From the IMG/VR virus record IMGVR_UViG_3300021256_000005: a stretch of 64,000 nt of DNA; one strand, written 5' to 3'. This document shows, one piece after another, positions 36,335 through 44,713 of this stretch. A model generated the notes under the pieces. That model searched no databases. It saw only the letters and a list, made by a program, of their open reading frames with translations, and was not told the origin of the DNA. A program made the translations under genes and the position numbers. How positions within the stretch are numbered: the stretch's first letter is position 1; each line of letters opens with the position of its first letter. Source of the DNA: a virus.

Positions 36335-37498
36335 ATGTTAAAACGACAGGAATACTGTGATAGTATTCATGGCATTGTGCAGGAATACACATCACGCAGG
36401 AGATTTTTTAGAGCTGTTAACACTGAGTTAAATCGCTTGCATAATTTTTATGACGGCAATCAAGTTATGCTGTCCGAAGATGTGAAAGATTTTTCAGATG
36501 AAGTTCTATTTTGGGTTGGTTCTGCAATCAACTCAGTGTTAGGTACTGAGAAAATTCATATGAATGAATATTTCTCACCACATGAATTTCAGATGTATAA
36601 AAAATCTCGAATGCAGATCAAGAATACCGTTGAGTACCCTGTCGTTTTTAACAACGTACAGAAAGTTGCCGAAGATCAATATATTTGCGTAACAGATGCA
36701 GAATTTATTTATCAGTTATATCAAGGACAGCTAATAAATTATAATTATAATACACAGCGTCCTGCCGTGAAGAAAACCTTAAACGGAATTACAAGCTATA
36801 AGATTGCTGTTAATGAAAAGTCTGTGAAAGAAATTGCGAAACTTATGAAGCAGAATGAGTTCATTCCGAATGCACTGACATTAAATGCCAACTTGGATAA
36901 TGAAAATACAGCAATACAATTTAACGGCAAAGAATTATTTTTAACAAGTGGACAGTTGGACATTCTTGATGGATTTCATCGGTATCGAGCAATTACAATG
37001 TTGCGAAAAGAAGATGAAACGTTTCGGTATCCTGTTATATTAAATATTATGCAGTTCGATGAAGAAAAAGCGTGTACATATATTGCGCAGGAAGATAAGA
37101 GAAACCGCATTAAGAAATCCTATGCGAAAACACTGGACGCAACAAATCCGATAAACTTTATTATTCAGCGTTTGAATACGGATTCATTGTCTTACTTGCG
37201 TGGTAAAATTAGTCGTACTCACGGATATTTAGCGCAGGACTTTTATCAGGCAATAGAACAATTTTGTGACGTAACTAATCAGATGGCAACGTATAAGCGG
37301 TTACGGAATGTGTATAATTCGCTGATGGAAGAAAACGTGTTGACAGATGATAAATATATTATCGCTCTAGCAACGAAAGCGGGAATGATGTATGATAGCG
37401 TAGCAGATATGATTACGTTTATTAACAATCATAAATATGATAGTCATGTTTCTAATTTCAAACATTATTTAAAAACTTTGGATGAAGCAGAGAGGTAA
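36335..37498 (+). CDS. ParB/Srx-fold protein, DndB/DGQHR-like
   Basis: 387 aa. LDILDGFHRYRAITML resembles the DGQHR / (D/E)GxHRxxA core of DndB-like and ParB-like domains. The family size (350-400 aa) fits. Confidence 0.45.
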   Translation: MLKRQEYCDSIHGIVQEYTSRRRFFRAVNTELNRLHNFYDGNQVMLSEDVKDFSDEVLFWVGSAINSVLGTEKIHMNEYFSPHEFQMYKKSRMQIKNTVEYPVVFNNVQKVAEDQYICVTDAEFIYQLYQGQLINYNYNTQRPAVKKTLNGITSYKIAVNEKSVKEIAKLMKQNEFIPNALTLNANLDNENTAIQFNGKELFLTSGQLDILDGFHRYRAITMLRKEDETFRYPVILNIMQFDEEKACTYIAQEDKRNRIKKSYAKTLDATNPINFIIQRLNTDSLSYLRGKISRTHGYLAQDFYQAIEQFCDVTNQMATYKRLRNVYNSLMEENVLTDDKYIIALATKAGMMYDSVADMITFINNHKYDSHVSNFKHYLKTLDEAER

Positions 37499-37503
37499 TA
37501 GGT

Positions 37504-38415
37504 ATGTATAATGAATCTGTAAAATGTGAATTTATAAATGAATTGCCAGTATCGTATGCGAAAATTGCAGAAGAAGCGTTTCAAATGTCAGCACCATATG
37601 AAGAACATTATAAAAAGGACATCTGTAATTTTATTGAACCAGAGATTGATACTGTTCTGTATGGGTTGAATGCATCGTCTATAAACTCGTTGCAGAACAG
37701 AGTTACAATTTATAAGAAATATACAACGTGGGCGATTGATAGGCAGATCAATGTGGATCATATTAACAGGTTTGAGTTTTATAGTAAAAACGTACTATTA
37801 AAATATATCAACCAAAAAGCAAATAAGGAGCGTATTATATCGAAAGATCAGCTGTTTGAGCTATTCGATCAGTTGCAGAACCCGTCAGATAGGTATGTTA
37901 TTTTAGGAGCTTTTGAAGGATTGATGGGAACTAATTGGTCTGAGTTGTTAAGTGTGACAGAAGATATGATTCATGGCAATGAAATTCAGTATGATGGATA
38001 TACGAAACATATATCTGATAATTTGAAACAATTTGCAATTGAAGCTTGTAACACATATACATATAAAACCGTAGCAGGATTCGAATATAATCTTGATGAA
38101 GGAGATCCTACTGTGTGGAAATCGAGAGCTAACGCCAGATTTAATACAGCTGAAGCACGTAAAAAAAGATTGATTAGTCGGTTGAATAAAATCCGTGAAA
38201 CATATTTATTGCCGCTTAAATTAAAGAATTTACGGAATAGTGGTATTGTATATGAAATGCAAAAAGTGATTGACAATAATCATTTAACAGCGTATGAGTG
38301 TACACAGTCTCCTAAAATCATTGACATTTTGAGACAGTATGATATGATGCACGTAAAGGATTACAGCTTACGGCAAAGTTATTTAGAATTTTTGAGGGAT
38401 TGGGATGGAAGATAG
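37504..38415 (+). CDS. hypothetical protein, weak tyrosine-recombinase-like layout without catalytic residues
   Basis: 303 aa. ..NPSDRYVILGAFEGLMGTNWSELLSVTEDMI mimics the first catalytic block of integrases, but with Met-Gly where the Arg should be. No HxxR..Y seen. Confidence 0.3.
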   Translation: MYNESVKCEFINELPVSYAKIAEEAFQMSAPYEEHYKKDICNFIEPEIDTVLYGLNASSINSLQNRVTIYKKYTTWAIDRQINVDHINRFEFYSKNVLLKYINQKANKERIISKDQLFELFDQLQNPSDRYVILGAFEGLMGTNWSELLSVTEDMIHGNEIQYDGYTKHISDNLKQFAIEACNTYTYKTVAGFEYNLDEGDPTVWKSRANARFNTAEARKKRLISRLNKIRETYLLPLKLKNLRNSGIVYEMQKVIDNNHLTAYECTQSPKIIDILRQYDMMHVKDYSLRQSYLEFLRDWDGR

Positions 38416-39013
38416 AGATTATAAAGTGTATCATTGGTACGAAGCGAAAAAATATACCATCATTGGTGTGATACTATTTCTTTTTTCAGCATTTACTATG
38501 AGCGGAGCAACAGCACCAGGATGGGTATTAGCATGGATATGGTATGTAATCCATGTAAGTAGAAAATATTGTCATTGGTTGCACGATCCATATACACAGC
38601 AAAGACGAAAAGAATTAGAACAATATGTTGAACCGATTCCGTATGTGACGGAAGATGACTGGTGCATTAAGAAGGTTATGACCACGGAAGATGAGGGAGC
38701 GGCTATAACATATTATGAATCTCATGCAACCGCATTAGTAAAGTCATATTTGGAGCAAAATAATGTTAGATATTTTAGTGATTATGAGATTCAGCAAATT
38801 GAAATAATTTTAGATTATCGTCAACGTAATGGATATTGCCCGTATAAAGACGAATATGATCTCGATTGTTTTTATATGGAAGATGATGAAAAACTTTATC
38901 GTCCAGACGACGCAGAATGGAACGATGCAATTACAGAATTGATTGAATTAAGCAGGAGAAGAAACTATGAGTGGGAGAAAAGAAAACGAGAAGCAGGCTA
39001 CGCAGAAGATTAA
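38405..39013 (+). CDS. membrane protein
   Basis: 202 aa. Hydrophobic span YTIIGVILFLFSAFTMSGATAPGWVLAWIWYVIHV (two TM segments). Confidence 0.6.
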   Translation: MEDRDYKVYHWYEAKKYTIIGVILFLFSAFTMSGATAPGWVLAWIWYVIHVSRKYCHWLHDPYTQQRRKELEQYVEPIPYVTEDDWCIKKVMTTEDEGAAITYYESHATALVKSYLEQNNVRYFSDYEIQQIEIILDYRQRNGYCPYKDEYDLDCFYMEDDEKLYRPDDAEWNDAITELIELSRRRNYEWEKRKREAGYAED

Positions 39014-39923
39014 AAACTTACTGAATGAGAACCCGTACTTAAAAGGATTTTATTTTTCCATGATGAATAGTGGGAAAACGCAGTCTTATAACACACATTA
39101 TAAATATTTACATTGCATCAAAACACTGCATGACGAGTTGGGAAAAGATTTGGTAGCGGCATCCTATGATGATTTAACAGAATTTTTATATTATCAGTCT
39201 TTCAAAGAAAACGGCGAAAAGAAATCTGGGAACTCAATGATTGTTATGTATTCAGCGGTTAAAAAGTATTATAAATATTTAACTGCATCACGTCAAATTA
39301 CAAACAATCCAGCAGAACTAATTGAACGTCCTGCACAGAAACCAAAAGATCAGATACACCGTGATGTATTAACGAAGGAAGAAATCAAAGAAATGTTTAA
39401 TAACATTCCTAAAAATAAAAATTACAATCGTAATTATGCGATTCTTCTATTGGCGTTATACACTGGTATTCGTTGTACGCCGCTGACAGAAATTGACTTA
39501 GAGGATTTTGATTGGAAAGCAAAAACGGTTACGGTAATTCAGAAAAGAAATAAGAAACATACTTATTATTTATCTGATAGTGTAATGCGGGCAATTGGGC
39601 GTTGGATGTATGATCGTGAAAAGATACTTGGCGAAGAATATCACAAAAAAGGAGCGTTGTTTGTATCAACAAAAAAAACTAGAATGACTCCTAGAACGAT
39701 GGAACGTATTGTTGAAGTGTTGAATCCGACTGACAAACACATTACACCACATAGGTTGCGTGGAACGTTTGCAACAAATATGATTGATGCAGGATGTAAC
39801 TTATATGAAGTTCAGCAGATGATGGGACATGAATCCCCAAAAACAACTGAGATTTATATTAAACCATCTGAGACATTGATTAAACAGGCAAGTGAAAAAG
39901 CTGATGTATTTTTAAGCGTGTAA
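38967..39923 (+). CDS. tyrosine recombinase / integrase (XerC/D-like)
   Basis: LALYTGIRCTPLTEI (Arg I), HRLRGTFAT (HxxR) and GHESPKTTEIYI (His and the Tyr nucleophile). Confidence 0.85.
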   Translation: MSGRKENEKQATQKIKNLLNENPYLKGFYFSMMNSGKTQSYNTHYKYLHCIKTLHDELGKDLVAASYDDLTEFLYYQSFKENGEKKSGNSMIVMYSAVKKYYKYLTASRQITNNPAELIERPAQKPKDQIHRDVLTKEEIKEMFNNIPKNKNYNRNYAILLLALYTGIRCTPLTEIDLEDFDWKAKTVTVIQKRNKKHTYYLSDSVMRAIGRWMYDREKILGEEYHKKGALFVSTKKTRMTPRTMERIVEVLNPTDKHITPHRLRGTFATNMIDAGCNLYEVQQMMGHESPKTTEIYIKPSETLIKQASEKADVFLSV

Positions 39924-39936
39924 AGGAGACATAGTT

Positions 39937-40302
39937 ATGAAAAAGATGTTGATTATGTTTTTATTAGCTGTAACTATTTCAGTTATAGGTACTGGATGTG
40001 GAACTGGTTCCGTAAAAAGAATTGCGACAAAATCAGTTGAGCAGACGTTTGGAGAAGAACCAACAGATATGAAATTATTGCACGACAAAGATACCGATGA
40101 TTATGTTGTTGTTTGTATGATTGATGGAGAACTTAAAGCAGGGTACATGGAAAATGGTAACGAAGCATTTGAGTTTGCAGAGGATTATCCAGATCAGTCT
40201 GATTTTAACGTTTTGGCGAAGGTATATGTAATCAATGAAAAAACGTTAGAAGCCATGACAGCATATCAAAATAAGGACGATAGTGTATGGGAAGTAGAAT
40301 AG
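39937..40302 (+). CDS. secreted protein / lipoprotein candidate
   Basis: MKKMLIMFLLAVTISVIGTGCGTGS: a signal peptide with a Cys in a lipobox-like position (non-canonical at -3). Confidence 0.55.
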   Translation: MKKMLIMFLLAVTISVIGTGCGTGSVKRIATKSVEQTFGEEPTDMKLLHDKDTDDYVVVCMIDGELKAGYMENGNEAFEFAEDYPDQSDFNVLAKVYVINEKTLEAMTAYQNKDDSVWEVE

Positions 40303-40466
40303 CAACGGTAAACAGAATCACAAGTATTGCAATTTTAGCGATAGGCGTAAAATGTGTGGTTGATATTATTCGCATGAATTTAGATAAATGCTTTATTGAG
40401 TGTTTAGTAATAATTGTACTTGGAATAATTTGGTGCATTAGCAGAATTTACTTGCATAGATTATAA
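40287..40466 (+). CDS. small two-TM membrane protein (59 aa)
   Basis: My own reading: MGSRIATVNRITSIAILAIGVKCVVDIIRMNLDKCFIECLVIIVLGIIWCISRIYLHRL. Overlaps the end of the previous gene by 16 nt. Weak SD (AAGGA). Below the track cutoff. Confidence 0.35.
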   Translation: MGSRIATVNRITSIAILAIGVKCVVDIIRMNLDKCFIECLVIIVLGIIWCISRIYLHRL

Positions 40467-40520
40467 CTGTATGATAAACTATAAATAAATTTAAAACATG
40501 CATACGGAAGGCGGGAAAAC

Positions 40521-41006
40521 ATGAAAATCAAACGTACAGTGGATGTTGAAACGAACGATTTTGAAATTGGCGATAGGCTAATTATTAACGATGCAGAGTG
40601 GAAAATATTAGATATAGTTGATAATGAGGTTTTAATATGGAAATGTACGAATGTTGAAAAGCGTTGTTTTAATCGTGATAAAAATAATGTTTACGAAGGT
40701 TCAGATATTCAAAGATATTTGCAGAATGATTTCTTGAAAGAATTTCCAGAATATATGCTTAAAAATGTAAGTAATGAAGGATTTTTCTTGTTGACAGTCG
40801 ATCAAATTAATAAGTATATGCCGATTCCATCTGATAGAACTGTAACAAATTTAAAAATGTACAACATTGGGTGGTGGACTTCTACGCCGTATGTCTGTGA
40901 CAGTAGGTATGTCAGTAGCGTTCACACTACAGGCCATGTCTCCGCAGATCCTGTCCGTTTCCATGGTGGTGTTGCTCCCGCTTGTTGGTTAAAGATTCAA
41001 CAGTAA
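40521..41006 (+). CDS. hypothetical protein, paralog family B (with 44207..44704)
   Basis: Shared blocks: WKILDI.DN..LIWKCTNV, SDIQRYLQNDF, EGFFLLTVDQINKYMP, GVAPACWL. Confidence 0.75.
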   Translation: MKIKRTVDVETNDFEIGDRLIINDAEWKILDIVDNEVLIWKCTNVEKRCFNRDKNNVYEGSDIQRYLQNDFLKEFPEYMLKNVSNEGFFLLTVDQINKYMPIPSDRTVTNLKMYNIGWWTSTPYVCDSRYVSSVHTTGHVSADPVRFHGGVAPACWLKIQQ

Positions 41007-41019
41007 AAGGAGAAATTGT

Positions 41020-41202
41020 ATGATAGATATTACAATGTGTTTTTCTAAAGATTGTCCAAGAAAAACCACGTGTTATCGACATGAAGCCAAACCAAATCCA
41101 TATTGGCAATCTTATTCTGATTTTCACAAAAGTGAATGTAATAATAAGAATGGGTATAGAAAATATATTCCAATAGATAATGATGCTTGTAAAAATAAAT
41201 AG
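41020..41202 (+). CDS. small Cys-rich protein, paralog family C (with 63859..)
   Basis: MIDITMCFSKDCPRKTTCYRHEAKPNPYWQSYSDF aligns with MPDITMCISEMCPRKHRCFRHEAQPKERWQFYSD. Confidence 0.7.
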   Translation: MIDITMCFSKDCPRKTTCYRHEAKPNPYWQSYSDFHKSECNNKNGYRKYIPIDNDACKNK

Positions 41203-41259
41203 AATATATTTTGATGATTTATAAGCAAAACATAAATATAAAGAGATAGAGGCTATAAG

Positions 41260-41793
41260 ATGCAATTTAATGTTGGTGATAGAGTTTATATTGGAAAATT
41301 AGTAAGATATACTAGCGACACTAATCATCATGAGACACTTCGGTTATTAAAAGACGAGTTTGGAAAAATTACTAAAATTTATACGAACAAATTATATAAG
41401 ATAGAAATAGGCGAAACAAACATTGTTGTGACTGAAGAGTGGTTAATTAAAAAGCAAGAGGATTATATTAGAAGTATTTCACAAAGAACAATTAACATGA
41501 GTGATATAAAATCATTAACTTATGAAGACTTTTGTCGTTATGCAGTGCGTGATGAAGTTAAACTGTATCGCTTTATAAAATCCAGACAAATTAGTAGTGT
41601 TGAATTATATAGTGGTGAAGAAATTAATGTTATTGGAAAATATTTCTATGCATATAATAAACGAAATAATAAATGGATGACAGATTATGAAGATAGGCTA
41701 TGCGCACAGATACTGGACGAGTGGTTGGTAAAAAACAAATTTTGTATCAATGATGTTGAATTTTTTATGGTAGACCCAAATGAGGTACTGTGA
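41260..41793 (+). CDS. hypothetical protein
   Basis: 177-aa ORF in an operon context. Confidence 0.65.
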   Translation: MQFNVGDRVYIGKLVRYTSDTNHHETLRLLKDEFGKITKIYTNKLYKIEIGETNIVVTEEWLIKKQEDYIRSISQRTINMSDIKSLTYEDFCRYAVRDEVKLYRFIKSRQISSVELYSGEEINVIGKYFYAYNKRNNKWMTDYEDRLCAQILDEWLVKNKFCINDVEFFMVDPNEVL

Positions 41794-41830
41794 TGAAATT
41801 TCGTATATGTGATAAAGTTTCATAGGAGGT

Positions 41831-42061
41831 ATGATGAACAACAAACGAATAAATATTGGTTCAACAGTAGTAGTTAAGAAACAGATTATGGCTTATGAAA
41901 ATGGACGTGAATATGCATTAGAGCTTCAAATAAAAGGAACTGTTGATTATATTGATGAAAAAGACATAGAAGTGGTTTTGGATTCATCAACACCCATATA
42001 TACGACTACATTACCCATAGAAGGAGATGAGTTAGAGACGGATTCAAAACAATTAGACTGA
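41831..42061 (+). CDS. hypothetical protein
   Basis: 76 aa with SD TAGGAGG. Confidence 0.6.
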   Translation: MMNNKRINIGSTVVVKKQIMAYENGREYALELQIKGTVDYIDEKDIEVVLDSSTPIYTTTLPIEGDELETDSKQLD

Positions 42062-42098
42062 TTGGAGAATATTTGCAGTGGTTTGAAGAAAGGAAATC

Positions 42099-42293
42099 TT
42101 GGGCATGATTGAAAGAAAAGTAACGTTAGAAGAAGCAAAAGAAGCTATCAACACAATTAGTAAGTTTTGTGAACAGGTGAGTTCTACAGATTGTTTTCAT
42201 GCCGCATGTCCTGTACATGACTGGTGCGTAAAAAGAGAAGAAGAAATCCCAGCAGATTGGGAGCGACATGAAGGGAGAAAGGGAAATGACTAA
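42099..42293 (+). CDS. hypothetical protein
   Basis: 64 aa with Cys/His residues (CEQ..C..AACPVHDWC). Confidence 0.5.
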   Translation: MGMIERKVTLEEAKEAINTISKFCEQVSSTDCFHAACPVHDWCVKREEEIPADWERHEGRKGND

Positions 42294-42651
42294 AGAGGAA
42301 TTTAATAAACAAATAAAGCGGTATTTCGATTCTATAAGTCCAGAAAGGGGAGAAGTCACTTATGGTGTCGTTTGTCGTGGATCAATGTGCAAAGACTGCA
42401 TGTTTAATAAAGACTTACGCTGTGAACTGGATGATTTTTTTGAAATCATGGAAGAGTTTGAAAAGTGGGTAAAAGAGCATCCACCCATTACGAACAAAGA
42501 AAAGATGGAAGAGGTGTTCGGTGCAAAAGTTGACACAAAATGTGAATGCCCACCTGGTATAGAAATGTGCGGTAGTCCAACATGCAAGGAATGTAGAAAA
42601 TGGTGGAATAAAGAATACAAGGAGCAGAATGGCGAGGAGGGAGAACGATGA
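42286..42651 (+). CDS. Cys-rich protein, paralog family A (with 43840..44220)
   Basis: Start moved to MTKEEF (42286) to match the paralog's MTKEEY. Shared blocks: RYFDS, EKWVKEHPxITNK, EVFG, C..CR.WW..EYK. Confidence 0.7.
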   Translation: MTKEEFNKQIKRYFDSISPERGEVTYGVVCRGSMCKDCMFNKDLRCELDDFFEIMEEFEKWVKEHPPITNKEKMEEVFGAKVDTKCECPPGIEMCGSPTCKECRKWWNKEYKEQNGEEGER

Positions 42652-42678
42652 AATTGGTGTATTGGAGAGAGGCTGAAG

Positions 42679-43182
42679 ATGAGTAAACACACAATACAAG
42701 AACTTCGTGAAAAACAGGGACTACCACTTTCCATGAAGATCAAAATGACTGAGCACAGAATTAGGGAATGGGTTAGAAAATATGATATAGGTGGTGTATA
42801 TGTCAGTTTTTCTGGCGGAAAGGATTCTACAGTTCTTCTCGACATTGCCCGCCATTTATACCCAGAAATGTTAGCTGTGTATGTTGACACAGGACTGGAA
42901 TATCCAGAAGTGAGAAACTTTGTAAAAACATACGACAATGTAGAGTGGCTAAAACCAAAAAAGAATTTTCGACAGGTTATTGAAGAACATGGATACCCAT
43001 TTATTAGTAAAGAAGTTTCGGATAAGGTTTCTGGCGCAAGACGCTATGTAAAGGCAGTTCGAGAGAGAGAGTCGGCGTCCGATTCCTTACTCACCGTTCA
43101 TGGCGGATTTGCTAGGAATAGACCGCAGAATCAACAAAGAGAATCAAGACTATCAAAATCTCAAGGCGGGGATTATCCCTAG
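42679..43182 (+). CDS. PAPS reductase / DndC-like PP-loop protein, N-terminal fragment (frame 1)
   Basis: PP-loop VYVSFSGGKDSTVLLDIA, then DTGLEYPEV and GYPFISKEVS. After the (GA)5G tract at 43061-43071 the translation turns to low-complexity junk. Confidence 0.75.
   Translation: MSKHTIQELREKQGLPLSMKIKMTEHRIREWVRKYDIGGVYVSFSGGKDSTVLLDIARHLYPEMLAVYVDTGLEYPEVRNFVKTYDNVEWLKPKKNFRQVIEEHGYPFISKEVSDKVSGARRYVKAVRERESASDSLLTVHGGFARNRPQNQQRESRLSKSQGGDYP
43061..43071 (+). repeat. (GA)5G dinucleotide tract at the frame switch of the PAPS-reductase-like gene
   Basis: gagagagagag read directly. Frame 2 is open from 43052, so plausible coding sense changes frame exactly here. Confidence 0.85.
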
Positions 43183-43831
43183 GCAAACTTCACGCTACAT
43201 GCAAGTCGAAGGTACATATCTGAGCAAAGACGGGAAGCCGAGTGCATACAATGTATCAAAATATAAATTTTTCCTCGAAGCTCCATTCGAAATATCAGCA
43301 AATTGCTGTAACGTGATGAAGAAATATCCAGTTCACTCTTTTGGACGAAAGACCGGGAGAAAGCCGATAACAGCACAAATGGCGTCTGAATCTCGCTTGC
43401 GAACATCACAATGGCTGAAGAATGGTTGTAATGGTTTTGAGATGAAATCTCCAATTTCAAATCCCATGAGCTTTTGGACGGAACAAGACGTACTTCTTTA
43501 TATCAAGGAGCATAACCTCCCCGTAGCTTCTGTTTATGGAGAAATCATTGAAGTTAATGGAAAAGAAACGCAGGTAAAAGATGATATGAAAGAATTGTTC
43601 GATCTGGACAGACCATTTCTCAAAACCACAGGTTGTGATCGTACTGGTTGTATGTTCTGCGGTTACGGTTGCCATCTTGAAAAACCCGGGGAAGGTCGTT
43701 TCTTGAGAATGAAAGAAACTCACCCAAAGCAGTACGATTATATCATGCGTCCAAAAGAGCAAGGCGGTCTGAATTACAAAGAAGTCATTGATTGGATCAA
43801 TGAGCATGGAGGATTTCACATTGAATACTAG
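43100..43831 (+). CDS. PAPS reductase / DndC-like protein, C-terminal fragment (frame 2)
   Basis: Family blocks: FEISANCCNVMKKYP, TAQMASESRLRTSQWLKNGCNGF, SNPMSFWTEQDVLLYIKEHNLP, and the Cys cluster CDRTGCMFCGYGC. This reading frame actually opens at 43052. Confidence 0.75.
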   Translation: MADLLGIDRRINKENQDYQNLKAGIIPRQTSRYMQVEGTYLSKDGKPSAYNVSKYKFFLEAPFEISANCCNVMKKYPVHSFGRKTGRKPITAQMASESRLRTSQWLKNGCNGFEMKSPISNPMSFWTEQDVLLYIKEHNLPVASVYGEIIEVNGKETQVKDDMKELFDLDRPFLKTTGCDRTGCMFCGYGCHLEKPGEGRFLRMKETHPKQYDYIMRPKEQGGLNYKEVIDWINEHGGFHIEY

Positions 43832-43839
43832 GAGAAATT

Positions 43840-44220
43840 ATGACTAAAGAAGAATACAAGAAAAATTTAACACGATACTTTGACTCTGTAAGGAGAGGTG
43901 AAGAAGCGAAGAACTACATGGGGACGGCTCTTTGCTGCGGTGTGGCATGTACAACGTGCATGTTTGCGTACCTATGTGAACATATACATCTCCCAGAAAA
44001 GGCATTGGATTGTGTTGAATTACTCGAGAAGTGGGTGAAAGAACATCCAGTGATTACAAATAAAGATAAATTTAAAGAGGTTTTTGGTGTAGAACCGGAT
44101 GATGACAGTTGTCCACCTGTTAGCAATATATGCGGAGTTGCCAAATACCTATCGGACTGCAATGCGTGTAGGAGATGGTGGGATGAAGAATATAAAGGAG
44201 ATCAAAATGCGAATAATTAA
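43840..44220 (+). CDS. Cys-rich protein, paralog family A
   Basis: See 42286..42651. SD TAGGAG. Confidence 0.7.
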   Translation: MTKEEYKKNLTRYFDSVRRGEEAKNYMGTALCCGVACTTCMFAYLCEHIHLPEKALDCVELLEKWVKEHPVITNKDKFKEVFGVEPDDDSCPPVSNICGVAKYLSDCNACRRWWDEEYKGDQNANN

Positions 44221-44704
44221 TGTTGAAAGGCAAGTAAGATTACATATTGACCCAACCGAATTGCAAGTAGGGGACGTGATGAAATTTCCTAGTGGTGATT
44301 GGAAAGTGTTGGATATTAAAGATAACAAGGCATTGATTTGGAAATGCACTAACGTTAAAGATCATGTTTTTAATGAGAATAGCAAGAATATATATAATGA
44401 TTCTGATATTCAGAAATATCTTCGGAATGATTTTAAAGAAAATGTACCAATGGATATTTTGGAAAGGGTCACAATCGAAGGTTTCTTCTTATTGACCGTA
44501 GAGCAGATCAGGAAGTACATGCCTAATGAGCTGGACAGAATTGCTACAGATGAGTATGGCAGAACTACAGGATATTGGATCGCTTCTCCTTGCGTTGGTA
44601 CTGGTAGTGGTGTCCGTAGCGTTGATACGGATGGTAACATCTACATCAATTATGCTGGCAATAGTTACGGAGTAGCACCAGCTCGTTTGGTTAGTCTGCC
44701 GTAA
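44207..44704 (+). CDS. hypothetical protein, paralog family B
   Basis: Start moved to MRIINVERQ (44207), overlapping the stop of the previous gene. Aligns end to end with 40521..41006. Confidence 0.7.
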   Translation: MRIINVERQVRLHIDPTELQVGDVMKFPSGDWKVLDIKDNKALIWKCTNVKDHVFNENSKNIYNDSDIQKYLRNDFKENVPMDILERVTIEGFFLLTVEQIRKYMPNELDRIATDEYGRTTGYWIASPCVGTGSGVRSVDTDGNIYINYAGNSYGVAPARLVSLP

Positions 44705-44713
44705 GGAGGATTT

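Noticed and set aside
36259-39923. The integrase-containing operon as a discrete inserted mobile element
   Set aside because: I could not find flanking direct repeats or a composition change by eye. Strand, SD usage and spacing are continuous with neighbouring genes. I therefore did not annotate a mobile_element.
43187-43206. A ~15-nt stretch (TACATGCAAGTCGAA) that, from memory, matches the conserved 5' region of bacterial 16S rRNA, inside the PP-loop gene
   Set aside because: It is in the same sense as rRNA, so it is not complementary. It lies in a well-behaved coding frame (..RYMQVEG..), is short, and shows no flanking similarity that I can see. It is most likely coincidence. A blastn would settle whether it reflects a chimeric assembly.
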